A stretch of DNA of 64,000 nt from Candidatus Moraniibacteriota bacterium (GCA_963743885.1 CAVURJ010000002.1:369706-433705); one strand, 5' to 3'. Positions 9,226 to 20,079 are shown, numbered from the stretch's first letter. Numbers and translations are program-made. The notes: a model not told the origin generated them from the letters alone.

Positions 9226-10151
9226 TGAAAAAGACACTGCTTTTTTTTGCGAAGATTATCGTGAGCGTGGCGCTGGTGCTGTGGCTCATCGAGCGGGTCG
9301 ATTGGCCGACGGTCGGTGAGCACTTGCTCGGCGTCTCGTGGTGGCTGCTCATCCTCTATGTCGCGTTGCAGCTCTCTGGCAACCTGATATCGGTCAGCAA
9401 CTGGCGCAATATCGCCGGGTACAAGGGGCTTTCGTTCACAGTGAAGGAAGGTTTCTTCGCTTTCATGACCGGAGCATTCATCAATAATTTTCTGCCATCG
9501 ACCATCGGTGGGGATGCCTATCGTGGGCTGTGGCTCGCTCAGCACACTGGTGCGAAGGCGGCGTCGATTTCTACGGTTGTCTTCCATCGGTTCATCGGAC
9601 TCTGGACGACGGCGCTTCTTGCGGTCGTTTTCAGTCTCGTCCTCGCGGAACATATCCCCGGAAGTTTGCCACTTTTCATAACGCTTTTGGTCCTCATCGG
9701 ATTTCTTGTGATCGATCTTATCATCACGCTCTTCTTCCGCTGTGCGTGGTTCCAGCGGCTCATCGAGAGGATTCCATTTCATAAGGTGAGGCGACTACTC
9801 GATGAGATTGTTTCGTATACAAAGAAGGGTATCTGGATCGATACCGGGCTCCGGGCGGCCCTCTTCGCCTTCGTCGGTGTGGGACTGACCAATTTCACGC
9901 TTTTCCATGCTCTGGGGAGCACGGTCGCGTTTGTGCCGTTCCTCGCGGCGGTTTTCCTTGTGGTGATTGTGTCGAGCGTGCCAATCTCAATTGGTAATAT
10001 CGGCATCAAGGAATGGGCGTATATCACTTTTTTCGGTCTGATTGGGGTCAGTGCGGAGATAGCGGTGACGGTCGCGCTCCTTTCGCGCTTCATCCAGATG
10101 ATCATCTCGTTCGTTGCACTGCCACACTATTGGCGCACACGTGGGCAGTAG
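9225..10151 (+). CDS. Lysylphosphatidylglycerol synthase TM / flippase-like (AglD2) membrane protein
   Basis: FINNFLPSTIGGDAYR and PISIGNIGIKE motifs; multiple TMs. Confidence 0.85.
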   Translation: MKKTLLFFAKIIVSVALVLWLIERVDWPTVGEHLLGVSWWLLILYVALQLSGNLISVSNWRNIAGYKGLSFTVKEGFFAFMTGAFINNFLPSTIGGDAYRGLWLAQHTGAKAASISTVVFHRFIGLWTTALLAVVFSLVLAEHIPGSLPLFITLLVLIGFLVIDLIITLFFRCAWFQRLIERIPFHKVRRLLDEIVSYTKKGIWIDTGLRAALFAFVGVGLTNFTLFHALGSTVAFVPFLAAVFLVVIVSSVPISIGNIGIKEWAYITFFGLIGVSAEIAVTVALLSRFIQMIISFVALPHYWRTRGQ

Positions 10152-10281
10152 AGAGTTTCTCGGGTTCACCTTGTAATCTCGTCATACCAGTGTTCACCAG
10201 ATGAGCAATTTCACAGGGTAAAAAAACACCCCCGAGTTCTCTGTGAGAACCTGGGGGCTGTTGCTTTGCTGCGTCGTCCGA

Positions 10282-10785
10282 TCAGATGGCGCGCATCTCG
10301 GGGGTCATGACCAGATCTAGTGGGAGTAGCGGCTCGTCCCTGAAATGCCGTGGCCGGATACTGAAGGCCAGGTAGGTGGTCAGACTGATCACATGAGTCC
10401 TGCTGACAATGACCCCACGCTCCGCCGGGAGCAGCATCTCACGGTAGAGCACGTGGCCGAACCGCTGGTAATCGGCTTCATCAATCGGGCCGAATTGCCG
10501 CTTGATCGCTTCGAAGATGAACGCTTCCACTTCGGGCAGGAAGCGGGTGCCGCCCGAAATGATCGCGCGGTCCCCCTCATCGACGTTCGGGGTGAACTTC
10601 TTCAGGATGCCCTGGAAGGTTTCCAGGATAAACCGGCAAGCTTCTTCTTTGAACTGATTCGGATCAGCGTATGACTCACGCCATGCGGTGAGGTCGCCGG
10701 CTAAACCTTTTCCGTTCCGTGTTTCTTTGAGAAGCGTGACGAGCTCGTTGCTCGGGAAACCTGGGAGACAGCGGGCGATATCCAT
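10282..10785 (-). CDS. Hypothetical protein (stand-alone cassette A)
   Basis: ORF with own promoter and downstream hairpin; start at 10785 or 10812. Confidence 0.65.
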   Translation of the reverse strand: MDIARCLPGFPSNELVTLLKETRNGKGLAGDLTAWRESYADPNQFKEEACRFILETFQGILKKFTPNVDEGDRAIISGGTRFLPEVEAFIFEAIKRQFGPIDEADYQRFGHVLYREMLLPAERGVIVSRTHVISLTTYLAFSIRPRHFRDEPLLPLDLVMTPEMRAI

Positions 10786-10878
10786 AGTGTTTTCTTTCTG
10801 GTCGATGACCATAAGAGAGTAAGAGGGGGTGGCGCGGAGGCGTGTTTGGAAATTGTTCAGGTACTACGAAAACAATTC

Positions 10879-10907
10879 ATTATAGCATAAAAAATGATAT
10901 GCGTCAA
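10879..10907 (-). promoter_or_regulatory. sigma70-type promoter
   Basis: TTGACG-17 bp-TATAAT with extended TG on the minus strand. Confidence 0.75.
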
Positions 10908-11041
10908 TCAAAGTGGTGAATTTTGGCTTTGATAGAGCATGATTCGGTGTATATAAAGTATTCGAAACGGCTTTGAAAAAGCAAAACCCGCGTTGTCTCT
11001 TGTGAGAGATGACACGGGTCGAAGGTGCGTGGCCGATGCCA

Positions 11042-11539
11042 CTAGGCGATGTATGGCGCTGTTTCTGAATAGCAGCAGCCTATTGTTGGAGATTGCTTTT
11101 CGCGGATAACCAGCGTGTCGCCATCATAGTCGAAAGCGAGTTCATGGGTGCTGCCGATGGGGTAGGGTTTTCTGAGCGTGTACACCATCCAGGCCATGAG
11201 TTCGGAACCCATGAGCCCTAGGATCTTTTCCTCGTCGTGATGGCCGACGATTCCGAGCCGGTGGAGCATCTTAATCGCGAAATTATCGCTGGGTATGTCG
11301 CCGTCATCAATGATGGCGAGCTCTTTGTCGCCTAAGAAGTGCGCTATTTCGAGGAGCGTGCCGTCGAAATGATGCCAAAGCGTTTTCGTGAAATCCACGC
11401 TAATCCTGAAGTAGTCATGCTGTGCGTTATTTGAATGACTGGCAGCGTAGAGCAGACTGATTAGCTTGTGACTCGGAAAATCCTTGGCGCGTTCTCGGGT
11501 GTTATGGCGCGGCTTGCTAGTCGGTGCGCGTTTGTGCAT
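11042..11539 (-). CDS. Hypothetical protein (cassette B)
   Basis: AGGAG SD before ATG 11539; own promoter and terminator hairpin (~10983-11020). Confidence 0.65.
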   Translation of the reverse strand: MHKRAPTSKPRHNTRERAKDFPSHKLISLLYAASHSNNAQHDYFRISVDFTKTLWHHFDGTLLEIAHFLGDKELAIIDDGDIPSDNFAIKMLHRLGIVGHHDEEKILGLMGSELMAWMVYTLRKPYPIGSTHELAFDYDGDTLVIREKQSPTIGCCYSETAPYIA

Positions 11540-11593
11540 GAGAATCTCCTTCGTGCGAAAGTTGGCGGGTGGTAAAGGAACTATGATTCGGAT

Positions 11594-11622
11594 ATGATAG
11601 CGCAGAATAGGCTTGGCGTCAA
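11594..11622 (-). promoter_or_regulatory. sigma70-type promoter
   Basis: TTGACG-17 bp-TATCAT. Confidence 0.65.
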
Positions 11623-11706
11623 TGCTATTTTCGGGTGATTCAGGGAAAGAAAAAGCCCCAACGATGATACGTGTCGGGGCGTTTCGCGGCAATGTCGCAG
11701 TTGGGG

Positions 11707-12171
11707 TCAGGCAGCATCCTGGAAATGATCAGCACGTTCGGCGAGAGCGAACGGGCAGAGGACTGCCATACAGCCGTTGTGGAAGGTGAAAGCGAATTTC
11801 TCGCCGACAACCTTGTCTTCGTGCATAGCGATTGGCCGGAGCTCTTGGTAGAGCTGGCTGATGAACCGGTCTTCGAAGTCCGGATGGACCTTGAATTCCC
11901 GCAGGAAGCAGATGACGAACGGCGTCATGGTCAGGCCGTCATTGTGCGACAACTGCACGCTATCGTGATTGCTGGCTTCCATGCTATGGATGGCGCTCTT
12001 GAGGGTGGCTTCGAGGCGTTGCCGGGTCATTTCGCGGAATGCGGAGGCGTTCCTTTTGAGGGCCTTTTTAGCGGTCATCTGGCCGCGCATGATCTCGTTC
12101 TCTGTCAGGAGGTCAAGGAATGCAACGCTGGGGGTCGTGACTGCCGGAACTGCCTTTTGTGCGTTGTGCAC
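11707..12171 (-). CDS. Hypothetical protein (cassette C)
   Basis: AGGAG SD before GTG; own promoter and terminator hairpin (~11650-11682). Confidence 0.65.
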   Translation of the reverse strand: MHNAQKAVPAVTTPSVAFLDLLTENEIMRGQMTAKKALKRNASAFREMTRQRLEATLKSAIHSMEASNHDSVQLSHNDGLTMTPFVICFLREFKVHPDFEDRFISQLYQELRPIAMHEDKVVGEKFAFTFHNGCMAVLCPFALAERADHFQDAA

Positions 12172-12225
12172 GGTGGATCTCCTTCTGGTTGGCGCTACTG
12201 GTTGGAAAAGGTGCTACAAGTGAAG

Positions 12226-12254
12226 ATGATACCACAGAATACCGTCTTGGTCAA
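12226..12254 (-). promoter_or_regulatory. sigma70-type promoter
   Basis: TTGACC-17 bp-TATCAT with extended TG. Confidence 0.65.
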
Positions 12255-12305
12255 GTGTTGGAAATGGTAGAAAAAACGGCTTGTTTTCGACCTATTTTTG
12301 AGGGG

Positions 12306-13959
12306 TTATTCCTTTATATAGCTGATAGCCGATTTTCGTACGCCTTTGCCGAGGCGGATCGAAGCGGATGGATATCCGGATCCGAAAGAGATATCCGATG
12401 ATTGGCTCCCTTCGATGAGGACGGATGGGCGGGAGGAGGATGGCTGGGAAGGATTCTTGAAGGCGGCGCTGCGCACATTAGTTGCGCGGATACTCGGCTG
12501 ATTCGTCGTCTTGATCTTGATATCCTCGAATCGTATGCCATCTACATTCCGTATACTTATCCCATTCTTCGATCGTGTCTGTATGTTCTCAAATGAGAGA
12601 TTTTGGACGAAGCTATCATCGGCTCCGACAATCAAAATTGCATCATTTGCCTGGGAACATGAGATGTTCTTGAATGAGATATTCCGGAAGACGGGTGGAC
12701 CAGTTGTTGTCGGCCGGACGACATTTTTGGAATCGTAGAACATGTTGAGGAAGATGGCTTCGGCTAAGATGTCATTCATTTTGATATCCTCCACCCAGAT
12801 ATTCTCGACGATCCCACCTCGTCCGGGCGCTGATTTTATCCGGAAACCTCTTTTCGTGCCATCGAAACGGCACTGCGCTACAGAGACGTTCTTCACTCCT
12901 CCGGACATCTCGCTTCCGATGACGATGCCTCCGTTCCCTCGGCCGACCGTACAATCTCTGATGATAATGTTTTCCGACGGGATACCGACGCGCTGGCCGT
13001 CCTTGTCGACTCCGGATTTGATCACGATGGCATCATCTTCCGTGTCGAGACGTACCCGTTCGATGAGGACATTTTTCGAGGAATCGATGACGATTCCGTC
13101 ATTGTTCGGGCCGTCTGTCTCTACAGTCACGTCGCGGATGAGGATATCTTCGGAATAGAGCGGGTGGATGGTCCACATGGGACCGTTCTTGGCTGTGAAT
13201 CCTTCGAGTCTGATCCGTTCGCAGTCGACGAACTGGATGAGCGAAGGGCGGAGACCGTCGTCTATCGTCCCGAATACCCGTTCTTCCGCGGGGACGCCGG
13301 CATCGGAGAGAGCGTAGAGCCTTTTCGTTCCTGAGAGTTGCCATCGTTTCCAATCCCACCAGGATTGGCCTCGGCCGTCAATCAGGCCTTTGCCGGTGAT
13401 GGTGATGTCGTGGCAGCCGTGCGCGTAGATGAATGGGGAATAGTTGTAGAGCTCTATCCCCTCATAACGCGAGAAGACGGGCGGCAGGTAGTCCGCAGGA
13501 TCCTCGGCTGAAGAGGAGCTCGGCTCCTTCTGAGATATCGAGACGGATATTACTCTCTAGGCGGATCGGTCCGGTCACGAAGCGGCCAGCCGGGATGCGC
13601 ACAGTCCCGCCTCCGTCGCCCGAGCAGTCGTTCAAAGCGAGCGCGATCGCTTTGGTGTTTGATGTCTCTCCATCACCGATAGCGCCATAGGCATCGATCG
13701 AACAGACGCGGTCGAGAGTCTCGAAGAGGCGCATCGGAGGCATTTCGAATGGCAAGACATAAGCGCTCCAATCTTCTGAGAAGGCGACAATCCTCTCTTT
13801 CGGTATCTCATCTGACTGATGGATAGAAAATGCTGCCAGGGTCAAAAAGAGTACGAGCGAGGCGGTCTGGAGGAGGAGTATCTGTGTCCGCACCCGTTTT
13901 CTTTCTGAATCGTTTTTTCTTTTGTGGAGGTAGTTTTTGCAGGTAGCAAATATTCCCAT
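12306..13959 (-). pseudogene. GH28 polygalacturonase-like gene split by a +1 frameshift near 13506
   Basis: 5' ORF has TM plus YGAIGDGETSNTKAI..GGGTVRIPAG; dropping one C gives ELLFS-EDPADYLPPVFSRYEG continuing in frame into the ORF with NNDG, EDDAI and RIK. Confidence 0.8.
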
Positions 13960-13985
13960 AGCATGCGGAGAATACCTATCTTGGA

Positions 13986-15830
13986 TTATGGCAGCTTCAC
14001 AATCTTGATGAAGTTGCCTGGGCGGCTATCTACCCAAAGCTGCCAGGCTGGATCGGATATATCGTAGTAGCGGTAGGCGGTGAGGCCAGAGAGTCGCTCC
14101 CAACGGTCTGCACGCGACATGTAGCGGATCTTGCCGCGGCGGGTCAGGACGTAGTAGTCCGGCTGTATGATGGCCGGGTCGAAGGTATAGGCAGTCAGGC
14201 AGCGGCCGACGAAGAATTCGCAGACGCCGTAGTAGTCGCTCCAGATAGTGAGATGCTCCGCATCGGGAAGCGAATTGAGATACTGTGCTGCCTCGTAGCC
14301 GCCGTAGCCCCATGCGTCATGGATGAGTGCGTCCTCCGGTAGAAGGGCGTTCGCGTAGTTGAAATAGAACGGTTTGATGGCAGAGAGGCTTGCGATCGAA
14401 CCGAGGAAGATGATTGCGGTGGCGAGGGTTTTTGTAGGAACTTTCGGGAAACGTCCGAGGGTGTGACAGGCTTCCTGGATGCCGAGTGCGGCGAGGAAGG
14501 CGAAGACCGGATAGAGGAGGATGCTATAGCGTGGCGTAGCGAGGACGTTGGAGAGGATGAGGAGGATGGAATAGGCAAACGCGAGAAAGAGCAGGCTCTG
14601 AGCCGGGAAACGACATTCCCCGCCTCGTTTCCGCATCATCGCTGCGAAGAGTATGAGGCAGCCGAGGAGCATGATGGGCGTGAAGGAGAAGACGAGTGGA
14701 TTCCACTCCATGATGAAGGCCTCGGAGAAGTTTGGGATATCGGTCACGTAGCGGGCGTCGCTTAAGTCCTTGATATCGAAGGGGATGATGGCAAAGATAC
14801 TCCATTCTGGGAAGAGATGACGGACAGCGATCAATCCAATGAAGACCGCGAAGAAGATAGCTGGCAGGAGCATGTGCGCGAACCGGAGGCGTGCGAGACT
14901 TCGGCGTAGCAAGAGAAGTAGCTTGTTTCCGAAAGCGAAGGTGTCGATGAGGAAGAGCGAGAGGAATGTCACTGCGACCGCTGCGAAAGCGGTCTTGTTG
15001 TGTACGGTCGCGAAGAGTCCAAAGGCATACTTGGAATCGATGAGGAGTGCTGGTAGAAAGAGGCAGAGAAGCGCGATCGATATCGTCGCGATGCCGGTCC
15101 AGGCGAGGAAATCTCGCTTCAGCCGAGCCGAAAGCTCATGAATATCAGTGATATGTCCGTCGAAGAGGAAGCGCGAGACGATGAGTATAAGGAAGAATGG
15201 CAGGAGGATGAAGGCGGCGTATTTGGCGAGGAGTGCGAAGCCGAGGAAGATTGCTGTTAGCCAGAAGTATCTCTTCTCGCCAATCTTGAGGAAGGCGAGA
15301 TATGAGAAGATGGCTGCTCCGCCGATCGACCAGAGGAGCGAATCGGGGTTGATGATCTGTGAGATGCCGAGAAGGATCGGCGAGAGCGCGGAAAATGCCG
15401 TCGTCCAGAGAGCGACCCATGGGCCAGCGACCCGGCCGATGATCCAGAAGAGATAGATGAGCAGTAGTCCGTTTATGATGAGGATCGGCAGCCGGAAGAT
15501 CGTATAGAGCGATTCGGTGCTGTTGATATCATAAGCGAGTGTGCGGTCCTGGTTTTCGGAGGAATGCTTTTCCGGATGCGGCTCAGAGAGGAGGCCGACG
15601 CCTGAGACGAGCGCGAGCGTGACGCCCGGCTTGTCATTGATGAAGGTTTTCTTCCAGTTCTGGTTGGTGATGGCGTCCCAGTACTGCGGGATGCGCTCTT
15701 CTACCCAGTAGTGCTCATCAGCCGTGATGAACTGGCCGATATGATGCAGTCCGAACGCGAGGTACGCGGCGATGATAGCCGTGAGCGCGAACGAAAAACG
15801 ATGCCTTGTGATGAAGGGGGGAATATTCAT
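13986..15830 (-). CDS. GT-C (PMT/ArnT, GT39/GT83-like) membrane glycosyltransferase
   Basis: TADEHYW, DKPGVT, INPDSL and LAKY motifs; many TMs. Confidence 0.8.
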   Translation of the reverse strand: MNIPPFITRHRFSFALTAIIAAYLAFGLHHIGQFITADEHYWVEERIPQYWDAITNQNWKKTFINDKPGVTLALVSGVGLLSEPHPEKHSSENQDRTLAYDINSTESLYTIFRLPILIINGLLLIYLFWIIGRVAGPWVALWTTAFSALSPILLGISQIINPDSLLWSIGGAAIFSYLAFLKIGEKRYFWLTAIFLGFALLAKYAAFILLPFFLILIVSRFLFDGHITDIHELSARLKRDFLAWTGIATISIALLCLFLPALLIDSKYAFGLFATVHNKTAFAAVAVTFLSLFLIDTFAFGNKLLLLLRRSLARLRFAHMLLPAIFFAVFIGLIAVRHLFPEWSIFAIIPFDIKDLSDARYVTDIPNFSEAFIMEWNPLVFSFTPIMLLGCLILFAAMMRKRGGECRFPAQSLLFLAFAYSILLILSNVLATPRYSILLYPVFAFLAALGIQEACHTLGRFPKVPTKTLATAIIFLGSIASLSAIKPFYFNYANALLPEDALIHDAWGYGGYEAAQYLNSLPDAEHLTIWSDYYGVCEFFVGRCLTAYTFDPAIIQPDYYVLTRRGKIRYMSRADRWERLSGLTAYRYYDISDPAWQLWVDSRPGNFIKIVKLP

Positions 15831-15839
15831 GGAGGATTA

Positions 15840-18161
15840 CTATTCTTCGAACTTGAAGATCTTGACGAAGTGGCTCCGGCGGTTGTTGATATCGATCTCG
15901 TGGGCGGTATCAGTACGATCGTAGTATTGGTCGAAGCGGATGAGCCCAGGTTTCTGGCTGAGGATATCTCCGGACATCATCTTGCTGGTACGGCTCTCAC
16001 GTCCGGCTGAGACGACGAGGTAGTCGAGGCCGTCCGTGCGGAGCTTCTGGTAGTCGCGGCCACGCTTGCAGCGGCCGACGAAGAACTTGCAGACACCATC
16101 CTTGTCGGTCCAGATGAGCATATTCTCGGCGTCAGGGCGGCTGTTGAGCCACATGGCGGCCTCGTAGCTACCGGCGCCCATATCTTTGACGTCGATATGG
16201 TAGGTGGCTGGGAGCGCAGTCGAGGCGTACGAGAGCGGATGCGGCGCAAAGAGGAGCGAGATGGTGCCGAGGAAAATGACGGCGGATGCGGCGAAGACCG
16301 GTGTCGGCATATCTTTGACACCGAGGCGCTTGTGGATGAGGACGAGGAGATGCTCAAGCGCGATACCTGAGACGATGGCTGCTATCGGGAAGAGGATCAC
16401 TTGGTAGCGGACGATGGAAGCGACGCCGTTGACCGTGGCGCCGAGGTAATAGAGCAGAATGAAGACGACGAGGTAGAGCGCGGTGCGGAGGGCGACGGAT
16501 TCGAAGAAGCTTTTCTTGAGGAAGAAGAATGGCGCAGCGAGGAGCGCGAGGAGCGAGAGCGGCGTGATGCCGAAGAGGAGCGGATAGAAGTTGGTCAAAA
16601 AGACGCCAATGAAGTCACTCCTGGTCGCGATGGTCTTTGGGGAGGCGAGGAGGTCCATGAAATCATACGGCCGCATGCCCGCCCAAACGTCGATGATCGT
16701 GAAGAGGGCGGCGCCGAGGAAGACGATGGCGACCGAGGCGGCGATAGAGCGTTTGAAGCGGACAAAGAGCTCGGCTAGTCCCGTGGTGATGCGCGAGCGG
16801 TTGAGCCACTGGTCGAGGAAGATGGCGATTGCGAGGACAGCGAAGACTGGCGCGACCTTCTCGAAGGCTTGGCTCATGATGGTGCCGTCGAGGAGCTTGG
16901 CTGGTTTGACCCAGACGGCTGGGAAGAGGAGATAGAAGGTGGCGAGGGCGGAGAAAGTGAGGATGGCGAGGTGCTTGAGGGAACGCTTGAGATGATCGGC
17001 GAAGGCGATGACGGAGTATTTCCGGTCGAAGAGGTATTCAAGGAAGATCAGGCCGAGGAAGTAGACGAAGAGGATGTTGGCGATGTACTTCGTGAGGAGC
17101 GCGAGACCGAGAAAGATGCCGGAGAAGACGAGGTAGCGGAAAAAGCCGCGTTTGCGGAAGACAAGATAGGAGATGAGCGAGAGCGGTGTGAAGAGCCAGA
17201 GGAGCGAGTCGGGGTTGATGATCTTGGACATGCCGATGAGGATCGGCGATGTGGCGAGGAAAGCGAAGGCGAAGAGCGCGCTCCGCCGTCCTATGAGGCG
17301 CTCAAGGAAGAAATAGAAGAGCGGGAGCATGAGCGTGATGAAGAGGAGCTCCGGGAAACGGAAGGCGAAATAGTAGCTCTCAACGTCATTCTTCAGGTTG
17401 AGCACCTCGCCCTGATAGTGGACGGTCTTGAATTCCTTGGAGCTCTTGAAGAGCGTGCCGGGACCGGTGACGAGTGCGACAGTGATGCCAGGTTTGTCGC
17501 TGATCGAGGTGCTGCGCCAGTCATGCTCGCCGATGTTCTTCCAGTACTTGTGGATGCGTCCGTCGAGCCAGAGTGGTTCGTCGACCGCAGCGTACTTGGT
17601 AAGACCCGAGAAGCCGAAGGAGAAGAAAAGCATCGTCGCGAAGAGGACGAGAAGGAGTGTTGGTAAGCCTTGGGCGCGGAGCCATTCCTTGCATGAGAGG
17701 GCTTCTGGATCTCTCTCCTCGGCCCCGCGTTCCTTCATGATGGTGTAGGCGGAGATGAGCGTCCCGGCAAGGAGAGTATAGGCGCCGACCGCTACCATGA
17801 AGACGTAATGGAAATTTTTGGATTCCGAGAGGCCATAGGTGAGGATGACGGTCGCAGGTAGCCAGATGAGGAGTGCGGCCGAGAGAGAACGCTTCCAGTC
17901 GAAATGCGTGGAGAAATAGGCGATGGCGCCTACGGTCAGTGCTCCGAGGACAGAGAAGAGGGCATAGAAGACATCATTATCAGCCGAGGTCTTGAAGAAG
18001 CTCAGGGCAGGGGTCTGCTTTGCAGCGAAGAAGAAGGTGTTCACGGCAGCGAGTGTCGCTAGGGCAGTGTAGACACGGTTTTCGAGGGTATCGAAAAAGG
18101 CTTGCATAGAAGCTTGCTTATGGGATAAAAGGGGGATACAATACGCTTGTACTAGAGACAA
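15840..18161 (-). CDS. GT-C membrane glycosyltransferase, paralog of the adjacent gene
   Basis: VDEPLW, DKPGIT, INPDSL and LTKY shared with 13986-15830; start may be ~18107. Confidence 0.8.
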   Translation of the reverse strand: MSLVQAYCIPLLSHKQASMQAFFDTLENRVYTALATLAAVNTFFFAAKQTPALSFFKTSADNDVFYALFSVLGALTVGAIAYFSTHFDWKRSLSAALLIWLPATVILTYGLSESKNFHYVFMVAVGAYTLLAGTLISAYTIMKERGAEERDPEALSCKEWLRAQGLPTLLLVLFATMLFFSFGFSGLTKYAAVDEPLWLDGRIHKYWKNIGEHDWRSTSISDKPGITVALVTGPGTLFKSSKEFKTVHYQGEVLNLKNDVESYYFAFRFPELLFITLMLPLFYFFLERLIGRRSALFAFAFLATSPILIGMSKIINPDSLLWLFTPLSLISYLVFRKRGFFRYLVFSGIFLGLALLTKYIANILFVYFLGLIFLEYLFDRKYSVIAFADHLKRSLKHLAILTFSALATFYLLFPAVWVKPAKLLDGTIMSQAFEKVAPVFAVLAIAIFLDQWLNRSRITTGLAELFVRFKRSIAASVAIVFLGAALFTIIDVWAGMRPYDFMDLLASPKTIATRSDFIGVFLTNFYPLLFGITPLSLLALLAAPFFFLKKSFFESVALRTALYLVVFILLYYLGATVNGVASIVRYQVILFPIAAIVSGIALEHLLVLIHKRLGVKDMPTPVFAASAVIFLGTISLLFAPHPLSYASTALPATYHIDVKDMGAGSYEAAMWLNSRPDAENMLIWTDKDGVCKFFVGRCKRGRDYQKLRTDGLDYLVVSAGRESRTSKMMSGDILSQKPGLIRFDQYYDRTDTAHEIDINNRRSHFVKIFKFEE

Positions 18162-18212
18162 AAGAACCCGGACTTTTCCCGTATTTTAGCTCAGATTTCG
18201 CAAAAAAGAAAG

Positions 18213-20027
18213 ATGTTTGATTTCTCTTCGAAACGCACCGTTTTTCTCGTTCTCGTAGCGATCATCGCTCTTGGATTTTTTTTACGCGCCTATCATTTCC
18301 CCGATTGGCTGCATTTTGAGCTCGACCAGGCTCGGGACGCGCGTATCGCGGATGATGGTCTCCGGGGAGGTTTCTTCGATTTGCCACTCCTCGGTCCCAA
18401 GGCGGGTGGGACGGTGCTCCGGCTGCCGCCTGGATTCTACTATCTCGAATATCTGAGCGCGGTCGTCTTTGGCGGGACGCCGTATGGCATGGCGGCTTTC
18501 GTCATGATCCTTTCCGTGCTTTCGATTCCAATCTTTTACCTCTTTGTGCGGCGTTTCTTCTCTGTGAAGCTTGGGCTCCTGCTCACGTTCCTCTTCTCGG
18601 TCTCAGAATTCTTCGTTATGTACGGGCGCTTCGCCTGGAATCCGAACGTTATCCCGTTCTTTGCACTCCTCGGCTTCTACGCACTCCTCCGTGCTGCTGA
18701 TCACGAGGAATCACGGCGGGGCCGCTGGTTTCTCTTGTCCGCTTTCGCACTCGCGCTCGCGATGCAGATGCACTCGCTCGCTTTCGTGGCGATACCGATC
18801 ATCACGTTTGCATTCCTCGCTCTCCGGCGTCCGCGAATCCACTGGAAGGCCTGGCTCGGAGCAGCGGTTATCGTTTCGGTTCTTTACCTGCCGATGATTC
18901 TCAATGAGATCGAGACGGGCTTTGCCAATTCCAAAGCGTTCGTCAGTGCGACGACGGAGAAGTCTTCCAAGAATGACCACTCTCTTGCTGAGAAGGCGAT
19001 TCGTGATGTGGCGGAGCATGCTATGCACGGCGTCGTTATCCTGACTGGTTTCGAAGGGACGACTTTTCCAGTCATCAAATTCCATACGAAAGAAGGGGAG
19101 TTCGTCGGTTGGGCCTGTGATGCGCGCTGCGACCGTGGCAAGTGGTATGGCGTCGCGGCCGTCCTTATGCTACTCGCTTCAATCGTCGCGCTCGTGACGC
19201 TCTGGTGGAGAGAATCTGTGCGGCGAAAATCGGATTTCTTGCTGCTTTCCGGTCTCTGGTTTGCTGTCTCTTTCACACTTTTCCTTCCGCTCGCCTATGA
19301 TATGGCGCCACGCTTTTTCCTTGTTTCTGGCCCGGTTTTCTTTGTCCTTATCGGGGCGCTGCTTTTCGCTCTGAAGAGCCTTTTTGGAGAGCGGAAGATT
19401 GGCCGACAGGTCGTCTTTTGGGCGATCGTACTGCTCGCGCTATCAAATCTTTCATCGCTTCAGGCGCGCTTTGATGAGATCGACCGGTCACAGACGGAAG
19501 CGTATGACAGTCCGCCGGACCGTATCCTCAAGGAGCGCATCCGCGTGACGCTCGCGCAAGAGGAGAATATCGTTGATTTCCTGGGCGCGCGTTCGCAAGA
19601 GACTGGCTATCCGGTCTATATGTGGAGCGAGCCGCAGTATCGCCGGGCGCTCAAGTATCTTATGGAGAAGCGCGGGATAGAGAATGCCGTGCTCGGGTTC
19701 GATGGTGTGTACCAAGAAGGTGTGTACTACATGGTCCTGCGTGCGCAGTCGGATCTTGAGGATGCAGTCGCGAAGTATCGGACGAGTTATGAGATCGGAC
19801 AGACGACCTCGTTCGGGACGCTGGTCGCCGTGGAACTCTTCCCGAAGCCTCAGGCGATCCAGGGGCAGCAACAGGATTTCTCGAAGCCGAAGCTGAATGA
19901 TTCACAGGGATTGCCGCGCTATACGTGGCGTGAATTTTTCCAGAACCGCGCGGCGACCGGCGCCGATGATGATCGTCCGGATGATCCTGATGAAGAAACG
20001 GCGGCAGATGATGAAGAAGGAGCGTAA
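18213..20027 (+). CDS. GT-C (GT39-like) membrane glycosyltransferase
   Basis: DQARD, PLLGP, RFAWNPN and QMH motifs; acidic C-terminal tail. Confidence 0.8.
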   Translation: MFDFSSKRTVFLVLVAIIALGFFLRAYHFPDWLHFELDQARDARIADDGLRGGFFDLPLLGPKAGGTVLRLPPGFYYLEYLSAVVFGGTPYGMAAFVMILSVLSIPIFYLFVRRFFSVKLGLLLTFLFSVSEFFVMYGRFAWNPNVIPFFALLGFYALLRAADHEESRRGRWFLLSAFALALAMQMHSLAFVAIPIITFAFLALRRPRIHWKAWLGAAVIVSVLYLPMILNEIETGFANSKAFVSATTEKSSKNDHSLAEKAIRDVAEHAMHGVVILTGFEGTTFPVIKFHTKEGEFVGWACDARCDRGKWYGVAAVLMLLASIVALVTLWWRESVRRKSDFLLLSGLWFAVSFTLFLPLAYDMAPRFFLVSGPVFFVLIGALLFALKSLFGERKIGRQVVFWAIVLLALSNLSSLQARFDEIDRSQTEAYDSPPDRILKERIRVTLAQEENIVDFLGARSQETGYPVYMWSEPQYRRALKYLMEKRGIENAVLGFDGVYQEGVYYMVLRAQSDLEDAVAKYRTSYEIGQTTSFGTLVAVELFPKPQAIQGQQQDFSKPKLNDSQGLPRYTWREFFQNRAATGADDDRPDDPDEETAADDEEGA

Positions 20028-20032
20028 AGAGA

Positions 20033-20079
20033 AGAAACAAGATACAAGAGGCAAGATATAAGACGTAAGAGATAAGAAT
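20033..20079 (+). repeat. Heptamer tandem tract (AAGANNN)n filling the intergenic gap
   Basis: AAGAAAC AAGATAC AAGAGGC AAGATAT AAGACGT AAGAGAT AAGAAT. Confidence 0.75.

Noticed and set aside
10220-12254. Integron cassette array
   Set aside because: No recognisable attC sites or integron integrase; genes carry their own promoters
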